Assembly: GCA_963663865.1 (NCBI GenBank) | Contig: OY760686.1 | Location: 1,536,001-1,600,000 of the forward strand | Length of the DNA stretch: 64,000 nt | Direction: 5' to 3' | From: Spirochaetota bacterium | GTDB lineage: Bacteria > Spirochaetota > UBA4802 > UBA5550 | In this document: positions 1 to 9,717 of the stretch, one piece after another | Position numbering within the stretch: the first letter of the stretch is position 1 | How the letters are laid out: every line of letters starts with the position of its first letter | The notes under the pieces: model-generated | The model's input: the letters and a program-made list of their open reading frames with translations, nothing else | Told to the model about the DNA's origin: nothing | The model's database searches: none | Translations under genes and position numbers: made by a program

Positions 1-2
1 AC

Positions 3-869
3 ATGGAGGAGGCCGTTAAGCTTGCCGCGGCGGTGGAGCTCATGCACTCCTTTCTCCTTGTGCAGGACGACATTATTGACCGCTCCGAGTCAAGAAGGGG
101 CGGAAGCGCCCTCCATGTGATGGCCGGTGAGAGAATGGGGCGGCCGCCCTTTGATATGTCCTCGGCAGCGGGAGTCGCCGTTGTTCTGGCAGATGTCATT
201 TTCTCCAACGCGCTTGAGCTTGTAGCCTCGGCAGAGATTTGCAACCGTGCGAGAAGGCGCTTTCTCTCGGTCTTCGCGTCGACCTACGAAATGACGGCCT
301 GGGGGCAGGTTCTCGATATTGAAATGTCATCGGGCGGTGGATTGGGCTCTCCGAAGGACACGCCTTTAACTATAAGCAAGCTGAAGACTGCCTACTATAC
401 AATAATGTATCCGCTTCTCATGGGAAGGGTGCTCGCCGGCCCGGACGATCCGGCAGAGGAGGAAGCCATCAGGGCCTTCGCCATACCGCTTGGAATGGCA
501 TTCCAGATAAGGGATGATCTGCTCGGAGTTTTCGGCGCCGAGACTGAGACAGGCAAGCCATCTGATTCGGACCTCGCTGAAGGCAAGATGACGCTTCTTA
601 TACAGAACGCCATTGATGCCTTCGACAGTCGCGGAAAGGAGGCCTTTCTGAAACTGTTCTTATCCCCCCGCAAAACTGAAGCAGGTGTAAAAAAAATGCG
701 GAGATTGATCGTTGAAAGCGGTGCGCATGAAAAGACCGCCGCTGAACATGACAGGCTCATTGAGGAAGCGGCCGCCGCGCTGCCGTCGCTGTCGCTGTCA
801 AAAAAAGCCGTCCCCGTGTTTCAGGGGCTTGTGGGCGCTGTGGCATCGCTGAAGGGAATAAGCTACTGA
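3..869 (+). CDS. Short-chain polyprenyl (FPP/GGPP) synthase, probably 5'-truncated by the window edge
   Basis: FARM HSFLLVQDDIID followed by RRG; SARM FQIRDDLLG and GK-SDL-EGKMT. Phe at -5 before the FARM is the short-chain determinant. Confidence 0.9.
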   Translation: MEEAVKLAAAVELMHSFLLVQDDIIDRSESRRGGSALHVMAGERMGRPPFDMSSAAGVAVVLADVIFSNALELVASAEICNRARRRFLSVFASTYEMTAWGQVLDIEMSSGGGLGSPKDTPLTISKLKTAYYTIMYPLLMGRVLAGPDDPAEEEAIRAFAIPLGMAFQIRDDLLGVFGAETETGKPSDSDLAEGKMTLLIQNAIDAFDSRGKEAFLKLFLSPRKTEAGVKKMRRLIVESGAHEKTAAEHDRLIEEAAAALPSLSLSKKAVPVFQGLVGAVASLKGISY

Positions 870-2695
870 ATTGTCTGAAGCAGCCTCTCGATCTCCTCTC
901 TGATACGGGCGGTCTTTGAATTGAAAGAGGCAATAACAGCGTCCCTGCCGGCTTCTATTACTGCCGAACCGTACGAGTCAATGATGCCCCTGCCTCGAAT
1001 GTCGTCCCGCTCCTTGCACGACATAACCGAACTGGCCATCTCTGTGAGAAGCTCAGAGTACCTTCTGAGGTTGTCTGCGTCGCTGTTTTTACTGAAGCCC
1101 TCAGCGCTGAAGAGCTCAGCGGCGTAGGAACCGTCGGGGAATGCAGCCCCCGTTTTGAGGCGCTCGAAAAGCGCGGAGAGGCAGAAGTACTCAATGCACT
1201 TTGAGTAGGCCTTTATTCCCTCAAGGCGCGAGCTTTCAGCAATGTAGTTTCTGCCGGCTCCGGCAATCGTCCTTTCTGTGTGAAAATCAGACGGGACTGC
1301 ATTGACAAGGGCGTCCCTCGCTGTGACCGCCAGACGGACAATATCCTCCCGAAAAATCGAAAACGAAGGGTCGCCCCTTTCAGCGAACTTCTTTTCGCTT
1401 CTGAAAAGCGTGTACGGGCTTTTCGCGAAAACCCATCCCGGAAACAGCTCGTTAAGCCCCGGCGAAATCGCGGCATTTACCCGTGACGGAGGCGTGATAA
1501 GCGAAAAGGGAAAGCATACCTTCTGCGGCTGCGTCGTGACCCCGGTGGCGATGATGCTGTAAGGGGAGGCCGAGTAGTTTGCCGGGAATTTCACGCAGCA
1601 TCCGAGCCCGAAAAACTGCCCCTCGCCGCAGATTATCTCCTGGTCGGGGGCGCGGCCGGTGTGGTTAGAGCCCACATTGGCGCCGTACCCGATGTTGCCG
1701 CGTCCTGCCGGCCATAATGCCGATATCAGGAGGGCCTGGTGGTGAAATCCCGTATGCGGCCCCACAATTGAAGAGTTTATCTCGCCTTCGGAGGCGTGAG
1801 TGCCGGGGCCCAGCAGGCTTGAGATGATGTTCGCGTGACGGGAGGCTCCCGCTCCGGAGCACAGCGCCGAGTTTTCCACTACGGCATGGGTTGCAGCGCT
1901 TGAGCCCGGCTGCAGAAGCGACGATTTCACGACCGCTCCGGAATGGGCTTCAGCGCAAGCGCCCTCCGAAGCCAGAAGGCTTGAGTTCTCTACGAGCTGC
2001 GCCCCGCTGACTTTACAGCCGGCGCCGATGAAGGACGAGACGATCCGTCCGCAGTCCTCGATCACCGCATTCGGGCAGACTATTCCCAGTGGGAAAGCGC
2101 TCTTCGAGACAAACTCTTCAATCCGTTTTTTCAGCTCCTGTTTTTCGGGGGGGGATAGTGCCGTCTCTGCGAGCGCGCAGGCCGCGCTGACAGATACGCC
2201 TGGCCAGAGAGTAAAGCTTCGCAGTCCGGCCTCGCTGCCGACGGTAATATTCGTGCCGAATCCGAAGGATGAAGCCTGCGGGCATGAGATGAGGGCGGTT
2301 CTAACGACGCTCGCTGAATCCATGATGCAGCAGCTGGAAACCTCTGCGGCCCGGTCGATGAGGCAGCCGCTGCCGATCTCACTTGATATGAGGGTGCTGT
2401 CGAAGATTCCCGTTTCCGGACGCTCATTGCCGTCTCCTGTTTTATATAAGCCGAGAACGCATCGTCCATAGAAACGGTTTCCCCGAATTTGCGCCGGATC
2501 AAAGTCCCTGTGAACGAGAAGCTGTCCCCAGTCAGGGCAATAGTTACCCTGCTTCTTGAGGGCCCTTATCTCCCGGCGGGAGAGGGCCCTCACATGGTCA
2601 CTGAAAAGCCTGCTCCTGCCCGGATTGCTCAGATCTGACAGTATTTGAAGAAAGCTGTTTTCGTAGTCAGTGTTGATTTCAACTCTGTATTTCAT
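863..2695 (-). CDS. DUF4954-like protein with a left-handed beta-helix (hexapeptide-like) region
   Basis: 610 aa; repeated S-x-[IL]-G hexapeptide-like segments; motif GNIGYGANVGSNHTGRAPDQEI recalled from DUF4954-family proteins. Confidence 0.7.
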   Translation of the reverse strand: MKYRVEINTDYENSFLQILSDLSNPGRSRLFSDHVRALSRREIRALKKQGNYCPDWGQLLVHRDFDPAQIRGNRFYGRCVLGLYKTGDGNERPETGIFDSTLISSEIGSGCLIDRAAEVSSCCIMDSASVVRTALISCPQASSFGFGTNITVGSEAGLRSFTLWPGVSVSAACALAETALSPPEKQELKKRIEEFVSKSAFPLGIVCPNAVIEDCGRIVSSFIGAGCKVSGAQLVENSSLLASEGACAEAHSGAVVKSSLLQPGSSAATHAVVENSALCSGAGASRHANIISSLLGPGTHASEGEINSSIVGPHTGFHHQALLISALWPAGRGNIGYGANVGSNHTGRAPDQEIICGEGQFFGLGCCVKFPANYSASPYSIIATGVTTQPQKVCFPFSLITPPSRVNAAISPGLNELFPGWVFAKSPYTLFRSEKKFAERGDPSFSIFREDIVRLAVTARDALVNAVPSDFHTERTIAGAGRNYIAESSRLEGIKAYSKCIEYFCLSALFERLKTGAAFPDGSYAAELFSAEGFSKNSDADNLRRYSELLTEMASSVMSCKERDDIRGRGIIDSYGSAVIEAGRDAVIASFNSKTARIREEIERLLQTIQ

Positions 2696-2991
2696 GGGTC
2701 TCTTCCTTACGGTCAGCCAGACATACGCTGGTTTGATGACGGATGTAGCTGTTGAGAATTATAGTGATGACTGTTTTAAATATCCCCCAGAATAATGAGT
2801 CTACAAAAATATGAAAATAAAGTACAATTTTTGAAAAGTGAAAACACGTCGATACATTGCATCGCTTAAGCAGCCAATTATTCCTGAATAATAACGAATT
2901 GTTATTGATAATATAATGGGCGGTTTTAGCTTCTAAACAGACGGTCGGCAAAAGGGGTTATACTATTATGAAAATATACATGGAGGAGTAA

Positions 2992-3291
2992 ATGGATATA
3001 AAAAATGGAAAAGATATGAAGATTGAGATTAAAGTGGATGAGTCTTCTGCATCAGGAACTTATGTTAATTTCACTAACATCAGTCACTCGGCCGAGGAAT
3101 TTGTCATGGATTTCCTGTTTGTCCATCCGACCCCTCCTCCGGGATTCGGCAAGCTTATGTCGAGGGTTCTTCTTTCGCCGGGTCACGCTAAAAGGCTGCT
3201 TGCCGCGCTGACTGAGAACATTGAAAAATACGAGTCAAGGTTCGGGCCAATAAAGGCCATTGCCCCGCCTCATCAGGGCAATCTTCAGTAG
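2992..3291 (+). CDS. DUF3467 family protein
   Basis: Strong SD GGAGG; motif GTYVNF..ISHSAEEFVMDF...SRVLLSPGHAKRL..AL.ENI..YE.RFG. Confidence 0.85.
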   Translation: MDIKNGKDMKIEIKVDESSASGTYVNFTNISHSAEEFVMDFLFVHPTPPPGFGKLMSRVLLSPGHAKRLLAALTENIEKYESRFGPIKAIAPPHQGNLQ

Positions 3292-3312
3292 CAGGCCAGG
3301 AGTAGAGCTGAA

Positions 3313-3774
3313 GTGAAATGCTTTATGATATCGCTGATGCTGGTAATCCCGCTTATTTCTTCGGCAGAGGAGCGGAAAGCTTCTGAGCTTGATGCTTTTC
3401 ACAGGCTCCATTCTCTGTTTGTCAAGTGGGATGACGGCTTTTTCGGGAGCAGGGGCTGTCATGAGAGGGCGCTGAGGGCCTCGCTGACAGAGCTGATCGG
3501 CGGGCAAATTACGACTCCGGCCGGCTACTTCCCGGTATTTCCGCGAGGACAGGCGGGCAGAGTTTTTGACAGCAGGCACAGGCTGTACAGCTGGCTTGTT
3601 ATTCATCCGGGAAGAAATCCCGGGAAAGCATTTGAAGCGCCCGCATCCGTGAGGCAGTGGCGCACCGGCCAAGAGTATTCCATAAGCGGGAAGGTCGTCC
3701 GCTGGAGGCTCGGCCGCGATACGAGGGGCAGAACAGTGAATCTATGGCTGGATGAAATAACTGTCTCCGATTGA
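3313..3774 (+). CDS. Hypothetical exported protein, possible OB-fold C-terminus
   Basis: GTG start with SD AGGAG; hydrophobic signal peptide; stop overlaps the trpC start. Confidence 0.65.
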   Translation: MKCFMISLMLVIPLISSAEERKASELDAFHRLHSLFVKWDDGFFGSRGCHERALRASLTELIGGQITTPAGYFPVFPRGQAGRVFDSRHRLYSWLVIHPGRNPGKAFEAPASVRQWRTGQEYSISGKVVRWRLGRDTRGRTVNLWLDEITVSD

Positions 3775-4616
3775 CAGACTTGACGCAGGTGAATATGGCA
3801 ACAATACTTGATAAAATAGTACAGACAAGACGCGGGAGAATAGAGACGGATCAAATCGACTTTCCTGAGAAGGAGGCTGAGAGCAGGGTGCTGCGTATGC
3901 GCAAAGGCGGATACCAGCCTGCGCCATTTACGGTCCTCAAGTCGGAGAATGAACCATTCCTTATTGCTGAAATCAAAAAGGCGTCCCCTTCCAGAGGAGT
4001 TATCAGGCCCGATTTTGATGTGCAGGACATCGCGTCCGCGTACGGAAGCTCTCCTCACGTGAAGGCTCTGTCAGTTCTTGCTGAGCCGGACTTTTTTATG
4101 GGAGCTTTCGCAAATATTGAAACCGCGGTCAAGGCCTCAGGGAAGCCCGCACTCCTGAAGGACTTCGTTATTGACCCATATCAGATTTACAGGGGCTATA
4201 TTTGCGGCGCCTCGGCCTTTCTGCTGATCGCCGCTATCCTTGATGACGCGGAAATCGCATGTTACTCCTCAATAGCCAGGGACCTCGGAATGGAGATACT
4301 GCTTGAGGTCCACACTGTTGATGAATATAAAAGGGCGCTCGAACTCGAAGTCAGCCTTATCGGGATAAATAACCGGGACCTTGCGTCCTTTACCGTCGAT
4401 ATAGCAAACACCGCGAGGATAATCGAGGCTGCCGGAAAGCCGGACTCAGTCACGGTGATATCTGAAAGCGGAATAAGCTCTCCGGAAGATGTCGCGTGGC
4501 TGTCGAAGGCAGGAGCTGACGGATTTCTGATTGGAGAGCAGTTTATGAAACAGAGCGATATCTCCGGGGCGGTTAACAGGCTGATGTCCGAAGCAGCCGG
4601 GGTAAAGGTGCTGTGA
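3771..4616 (+). CDS. trpC: Indole-3-glycerol phosphate synthase
   Basis: IAEIKKASPSRG, LSVLAEP.FF.G, KDF..D.YQ, IGINNRDL and SESGI motifs. True start may be a few codons downstream. Confidence 0.96.
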   Translation: MTDLTQVNMATILDKIVQTRRGRIETDQIDFPEKEAESRVLRMRKGGYQPAPFTVLKSENEPFLIAEIKKASPSRGVIRPDFDVQDIASAYGSSPHVKALSVLAEPDFFMGAFANIETAVKASGKPALLKDFVIDPYQIYRGYICGASAFLLIAAILDDAEIACYSSIARDLGMEILLEVHTVDEYKRALELEVSLIGINNRDLASFTVDIANTARIIEAAGKPDSVTVISESGISSPEDVAWLSKAGADGFLIGEQFMKQSDISGAVNRLMSEAAGVKVL

Positions 4617-5293
4617 AGGCGGCGCTTCCAGTTAAATCTCACAGCTTGCCGGTTGTAAAGATTTGCGGAATAACCGGATCAGAAGACGCTCTCTATGCAG
4701 CGGCTGCAGGCGCAGACATTCTCGGCTTCGTCTTCTACGAAAAAAGCCCCAGGGCTGTCAGGACTGAGAAGGCAGCTGAGATTGCGGAAGTCTTGAGGCG
4801 CCATTCGTCTTTGCCCGAACTCGCGGGGGTTTTTGTCGACTCTGTAATTGATGAGGTTCTGGAGACAGCATCCCTTGCCGGACTGAATTACATTCAGCTT
4901 CACGGCAGTGAAGATAACGCATATATCTCCAGGCTGAGAGGTCTTCTGCCCTCCGGAACAGCCATAATCAAAGCCGTTCGAGTCAGGGACGCTGAAGATG
5001 TGGCGCTCTCTCTGACCTTTCAAAGCGATTATGTCCTTCTCGACGCGTATTCATCGGATGGGTACGGCGGGACAGGAAAAAGGTTTGACTGGACTCTACT
5101 GAAGGAGTATCAAGGGAAGGATAGGCTCTTTCTCGCGGGAGGCCTGAACGCGGAAAATGTGCTCGATGCGTATAGGACAGTCTCCCCGTTCGCCCTTGAT
5201 CTTTCCAGCGGACTTGAACGCTCGAAGAAGGGTGTTAAGGACCATGAGAAGATTGACGCGTTATTCAGGGCTCTGTCTGTGCTGGATGCCTGA
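4613..5293 (+). CDS. trpF: Phosphoribosylanthranilate isomerase
   Basis: VKICGIT, GFVFYEKSPR, QLHG.E, GGTGKRFDW, LAGGL and DLSSG motifs. Confidence 0.96.
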   Translation: MKAALPVKSHSLPVVKICGITGSEDALYAAAAGADILGFVFYEKSPRAVRTEKAAEIAEVLRRHSSLPELAGVFVDSVIDEVLETASLAGLNYIQLHGSEDNAYISRLRGLLPSGTAIIKAVRVRDAEDVALSLTFQSDYVLLDAYSSDGYGGTGKRFDWTLLKEYQGKDRLFLAGGLNAENVLDAYRTVSPFALDLSSGLERSKKGVKDHEKIDALFRALSVLDA

Positions 5294-5400
5294 ACAGGGC
5301 GGGGTTTGCGGGGCTTAATGGTCATGGCTGAAAAGTTACTTCCAGAATCGATGGATTCTGAAGTGAAGCGTAATAAATACAATAATGACGGGAAAATACT

Positions 5401-7227
5401 ATGTGTGGAATAATCGGATACGCCGGCAGCGGTCAGGCTTCAAAAGTGATAATTAACGGACTTAAACGTATGGAGTACAGGGGCTATGACTCTTCGGGGA
5501 TGGCCCTGCTGGGAAATGACCTGTTTGTCTGCAAGAAACAGGGAAAGCTCTCGCAGCTTGACAGCTGCATCAGCCATTCGGAGTTGAAGGGCTACAAATT
5601 CGGAATAGGCCATACCCGATGGGCGACACATGGGGCCCCGTCTGAGGCAAACGCGCATCCGCACAGCGACTGCGCGGGCGAGATAGCGCTTGTCCATAAC
5701 GGAATCATTGAAAACCACTCGGTTTTGCGGGAGATACTCAGGAAGGAAGGTCACAGCTTTACAAGCGAAACTGACACCGAAACCATAGTCCATCTTATTG
5801 AACGGTATCACAGGAAGGAGTCGCTTGTTGATTCAGTTATTAAGGCCCTTTCATTTGTTGAGGGCACATACGGAATTGCTGTTGTCTCAAAAAAAGAGCC
5901 GGGCAGGCTTGTTGCGGCGCGAAAGGGCAGCCCGCTTATTCTTGGAATCGGCGAGACTGGAATGGTTGTGGCTTCAGATGTCAGCGCGATAATCGAACAC
6001 ACGCGCAGCGTCATCTATCTTGAGGACAATGAAGTGGTTGAGATATCAGGCAGCGACTATACCCTCTATGATCTGGAGAAGACCTGCTTGCACAAGAACG
6101 TTGAAGAGATCGACTGGGATATCGAAGCAATCAGCAAGGGCGGTTTTGACCACTTCATGCTCAAGGAAATCCATGAACAGAATGAAACCGTCCGGAATGC
6201 CTTCAGGGGCCGGCTTCTGTTTGATTCAGGGAATGTTCGTCTTGATGGTCTCAGGCTTACTGACGAAGAGCTTAACTCCATTGAAAAAATAATATTCATT
6301 GCCTGCGGAACATCATTTCACGCGGGCCTCATCGGTGAATATCTCATTGAGGAATACGCCAGGATTCCTGTTGAGGTTGAATATGCATCTGAATTCCGCT
6401 ACAGAAAGCCTATTTTAAAGAAAGGCGATCTGGTCATAACGATAACTCAGTCGGGAGAAACCGCCGATACCCTTGCGGCCCTTCGCGAAGCCAGGGCGAG
6501 GGGAGTCAAGGTCCTGGGGATAACAAATGTTGTCGGCAGCACAATTGCCCGCGAGTCGGACGGCGGTGTTTACACACATGCCGGCCCCGAAATTGGAGTC
6601 GCGTCTACAAAGGCATTTACCTCGCAGGTTACAGTTCTTGCCATGCTAACAATACTTCTTGCCCGCCGCAGGGATTTTACCCTTGCTGAAGGACAGAAGA
6701 TAATTTCAGAGCTTGAAAAAATCCCGGAAAAGATTGACTGGATACTCAATAACAACGGTATCAAAGAGATCGCCGAGGAGTACAGAAGTTCTACAAATTT
6801 TCTTTACCTTGGCAGAGGCGCTCAGTTTCCGGTGGCCCTTGAAGGGGCATTGAAGCTGAAAGAAATATCCTACATCCACGCTGAAGGATATCCCGCGGCG
6901 GAGATGAAGCACGGACCCATAGCGCTTATTGACAACAACATGCCTGTGGTTTTCATAGCCCTCAAGGACGATATCTACAGCAAGGTCATAAGCAATATGG
7001 AAGAGGTGCGCGCGCGCAGCGGAAGAATTATAGCTGTTGCAACCGAAGGCGATAAGGAGATATGTGAGCGTGCCGATCACGTAATCTACGTTCCAGAAAG
7101 CCATGCCGTTGTGGCTCCGCTTCTCACGGTAATTCCGCTCCAGCTTCTGGCGTACTGGATCGCCGTACTCAAGGGATGCAATGTGGATCAACCGAGAAAC
7201 CTCGCAAAAAGCGTAACGGTGGAGTAG
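5401..7227 (+). CDS. glmS: Glutamine--fructose-6-phosphate transaminase
   Basis: MCGIIG N-terminus, GHTRWATHG, SGETADT, C-terminal PRNLAKSVTVE. Confidence 0.99.
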   Translation: MCGIIGYAGSGQASKVIINGLKRMEYRGYDSSGMALLGNDLFVCKKQGKLSQLDSCISHSELKGYKFGIGHTRWATHGAPSEANAHPHSDCAGEIALVHNGIIENHSVLREILRKEGHSFTSETDTETIVHLIERYHRKESLVDSVIKALSFVEGTYGIAVVSKKEPGRLVAARKGSPLILGIGETGMVVASDVSAIIEHTRSVIYLEDNEVVEISGSDYTLYDLEKTCLHKNVEEIDWDIEAISKGGFDHFMLKEIHEQNETVRNAFRGRLLFDSGNVRLDGLRLTDEELNSIEKIIFIACGTSFHAGLIGEYLIEEYARIPVEVEYASEFRYRKPILKKGDLVITITQSGETADTLAALREARARGVKVLGITNVVGSTIARESDGGVYTHAGPEIGVASTKAFTSQVTVLAMLTILLARRRDFTLAEGQKIISELEKIPEKIDWILNNNGIKEIAEEYRSSTNFLYLGRGAQFPVALEGALKLKEISYIHAEGYPAAEMKHGPIALIDNNMPVVFIALKDDIYSKVISNMEEVRARSGRIIAVATEGDKEICERADHVIYVPESHAVVAPLLTVIPLQLLAYWIAVLKGCNVDQPRNLAKSVTVE

Positions 7228-7281
7228 TCCGGACGGCAATATCCCCCCTGAAATATTTTTAGATGTCCGGATGTATATTGA

Positions 7282-7310
7282 TTGACAATAAACTGTATCA
7301 GGTTTATTCG
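7282..7310 (+). promoter_or_regulatory. Putative sigma70 promoter with an inverted repeat across the spacer, upstream of the VOC gene
   Basis: TTGACA at 7282-7287; AATAAAC (7287-7293) and GTTTATT (7302-7308) form an inverted repeat; the -10 is weak. Confidence 0.4.
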
Positions 7311-7445
7311 ATTGGTCAGTTGTATCAGCGGCTTCGTCGGTGAACTTCCGGCTCGAAAATACTGAAACCGGATTGTCATGTTGACCGGGGCCGAATGGGC
7401 TGCGTAACGCAGCCGTGTTTATGATTATCCACTAAAGAGGTTCAG

Positions 7446-7814
7446 ATGGTCGTTATTGAAAGTATAAACCACATTGGTCTAACGGTATCAAACATTGAGA
7501 AGTCGATGCAGTTTTTTAAAGATCTCTTTGACTTTGAAGTAGTAGATAAACACTCAACTTCTCAGCAGACATTTTTAAAAATGGGAGAGATGATGCTATG
7601 CCTTTACGAGTGCGAGGGCTTCAGGAACACTGACAGTTCGCGCGCGGCTGTCTCTTTCTATATTGACGAAGAAGATTTCGAGGATGCCCTCGACGAACTT
7701 GACGAGTTGGGAATAGAGATAGTTTACGGGCCGGAAAATCTGAGGGGCGGCAAAAGCGTAATATTTGTCGATCCGGATGACAACCGTATTGAGCTGTCAT
7801 ACCCGAAACTGTAG
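7446..7814 (+). CDS. VOC family (glyoxalase/bleomycin-resistance-like) protein
   Basis: INHIGLTVSN..KS..FF..LF.F and F.DPD.NRIEL motifs. Confidence 0.9.
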   Translation: MVVIESINHIGLTVSNIEKSMQFFKDLFDFEVVDKHSTSQQTFLKMGEMMLCLYECEGFRNTDSSRAAVSFYIDEEDFEDALDELDELGIEIVYGPENLRGGKSVIFVDPDDNRIELSYPKL

Positions 7815-7855
7815 GAACATGCTTTAAACCTGAGAGCCGTCCCGTCCGGGCCGGC

Positions 7856-7883
7856 AAAGGTCCGGATAGGCCGGGCCTTTTTT
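7856..7883 (+). terminator. Rho-independent terminator after the VOC gene
   Basis: GGTCCGG-atagg-CCGGGCC followed by TTTTTT. Confidence 0.75.
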
Positions 7884-7918
7884 ATTACAGAAAACGGCCG
7901 CAGGTATTGGAGGATGGG

Positions 7919-8578
7919 ATGAATGTCAGGGATTTTTTTCGGAGGGTGAAAGTTATACCTGTCTCGGTAGTTGAAACTGACTACGAGGCCTTGAAGCTTT
8001 CCGAGACGCTTGTCGCGGAGTCGGTTAATCTCATTGAAATTACTATGAGGACTCAGGGCGCGGCTGACTGCATAAAAGCGGTCAAAAAGCGCTTTCCGGA
8101 GATGATAGTGGGTGCGGGGAGTGTCCTTACGCTTGAGTCGTTCAGGGCGGCAGCTGACGCGGGAGTCGATTTCGCTGTTTCGCCTGTCTGCGATTTGAAG
8201 CTGCTCGGTTTCGCCGGCAAGAGCGGAATCCCGTTCGTTCCGGGCATATCGACACCGTCAGAGCTTAACAGCGTTTTGGGGCTTGCCGATGTAATCAAGG
8301 TCTTTCCGGCGGAACAGCTTGGAGGCCCTGCATACATAAACGCGATATCCGCTCCGTTCAAGATGATGGACTTTGACCTCATGCCTACCGGGGGCATTCA
8401 CACGGGTAACATAGCTTCCTATCTTTCAACAGACAGGGTGTCCTGCTGCGGACTGTCGCAGATAGCGGACCGAAAGCTTCTCTCCTCCGGTGACTATACC
8501 GGGTTAAGGCAGAGAATAAGGGAGGTGCTCGACGCTGTGCCCGAGAGGCTTCGCGCCGAAGAAACAAAGCGGTCTTAG
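7919..8578 (+). CDS. eda: KDPG/KHG aldolase
   Basis: IEITMRT, VGAGSV, FAVSP, PG..TPSE, KVFPA and MPTGG motifs; ATG 7919 with SD GGAGG. Confidence 0.9.
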   Translation: MNVRDFFRRVKVIPVSVVETDYEALKLSETLVAESVNLIEITMRTQGAADCIKAVKKRFPEMIVGAGSVLTLESFRAAADAGVDFAVSPVCDLKLLGFAGKSGIPFVPGISTPSELNSVLGLADVIKVFPAEQLGGPAYINAISAPFKMMDFDLMPTGGIHTGNIASYLSTDRVSCCGLSQIADRKLLSSGDYTGLRQRIREVLDAVPERLRAEETKRS

Positions 8579-8642
8579 TCCGACAGACCTCCTCTAATTG
8601 CCGAATAAAACGCGAACGCGGTAAAACAGGAGTCTTATCCTC

Positions 8643-9611
8643 ATGGAAAATCTTTTCAGAAAGGCCTTTGAATTCAGAGGATTCCTTCACAATTCAACAG
8701 AAAACACCTGCTACAGAATATTCAATTCCGGATCGGATGGAATTCCCGGCCTGACAATTGACAGATACGGCGAATATATCCTTGTCCAGTTTTATGACGA
8801 AGCGATAGTAGACAGTAAGGACGGCCTTCTTCGTGCTGAGCTGGCTTCTGAAATAGCTGACGCTGTTGAGTGTCTCCCTTTCAATGTGAAGGGGGTAGTG
8901 CTGAAGAACCGGATTATGTACGTTGATATCCCGGATTATTCCGATGTCCGGACGAGCCAGCTGCTTCAGGGAGAGCTGCCTCCCGGGGACTATGGCGTAC
9001 GCCAGAACGGCCTCGAAGTCTGTGTTGATATAGTCAATGGACAGAGCACTGGAGTTTTTCTGGACATGAGGGAGGTCAGAGATTTCCTGGGTTCGTTTTA
9101 CAGGGAAAAGGGAGTCCGCCGAATGCTTAACCTTTTCTGCTATACAGGGCTTTTTTCTGTTCACGCCCTTGCGAGCGGAGTCGCATCGGCTGTCAACGTT
9201 GATCTGTCGAGGTCCGTATTGACGCGTGCCAGAAAAAACTATGAGCTCAACGGGCTTCGCGCTGATGACAGGGACTTTATTTACGGGGACGCGAATGAAT
9301 GGATACGCAGGCTTAAAAAGCAGGGAAGGGTGTTCGACTTTGTTGTAATTGATCCGCCGACATTTGCCAGGCACAGGTCGAAGTCGTTTTCTGTAAAAAG
9401 AGACATGGCAGATTCCATAAACAATCTTTCTCACCTCGCCCCCGGCGGCTATGTGCTCAGCGCCGTTAATACAAAAAATGTTGATGAAGCTGAGTACCTT
9501 TCCTATCATCCCGCGGGGTGGGAGCTTGTCAGATTCTTCAGAGAATCAACCGACTATATTCCCGAGAAGGAAAACTACCTCAAATGCGGTATTTGGCAGG
9601 TAAAAGAATAA
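8643..9611 (+). CDS. Class I SAM-dependent rRNA methyltransferase (RlmI/RlmK-like)
   Basis: DGIPGLTIDRYG, TGVFLDMRE.R, LNLFCYTG.FSV, DPPTF and YLK motifs. Confidence 0.88.
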   Translation: MENLFRKAFEFRGFLHNSTENTCYRIFNSGSDGIPGLTIDRYGEYILVQFYDEAIVDSKDGLLRAELASEIADAVECLPFNVKGVVLKNRIMYVDIPDYSDVRTSQLLQGELPPGDYGVRQNGLEVCVDIVNGQSTGVFLDMREVRDFLGSFYREKGVRRMLNLFCYTGLFSVHALASGVASAVNVDLSRSVLTRARKNYELNGLRADDRDFIYGDANEWIRRLKKQGRVFDFVVIDPPTFARHRSKSFSVKRDMADSINNLSHLAPGGYVLSAVNTKNVDEAEYLSYHPAGWELVRFFRESTDYIPEKENYLKCGIWQVKE

Positions 9612-9717
9612 AAAAACGATAATAATAACCGGTTCGTCTGCCGTTTCTGAAAATATGTTGACACTGCCATGAGCAGCATTGACAATATATTCGCCAAGAG
9701 GTGGTCAATAAACTGAT

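Noticed and set aside
1-2700. Higher GC content at the window start, suggesting a genomic island
   Set aside because: By eye the GC change is gradual and also affects ordinary housekeeping genes; no integrase, tRNA or boundary repeats. A sliding-window GC/codon analysis would be needed.
2679-2951. 90-aa minus-strand ORF in the divergent intergenic region
   Set aside because: Non-ATG start, AT-rich promoter DNA, atypical composition.
5294-5400. glmS ribozyme upstream of glmS
   Set aside because: Only a simple hairpin (ACTTC-c-AGAATC-gatg-GATTCT-GAAGT); the AGCGCC...GACGAGG core is absent.
8694-9509. 271-aa antisense ORF; similar ones at 12004-12621, 22303-22800 and 32872-33486
   Set aside because: Shadow ORFs opposite well-supported genes, with no SD or recognisable motifs.
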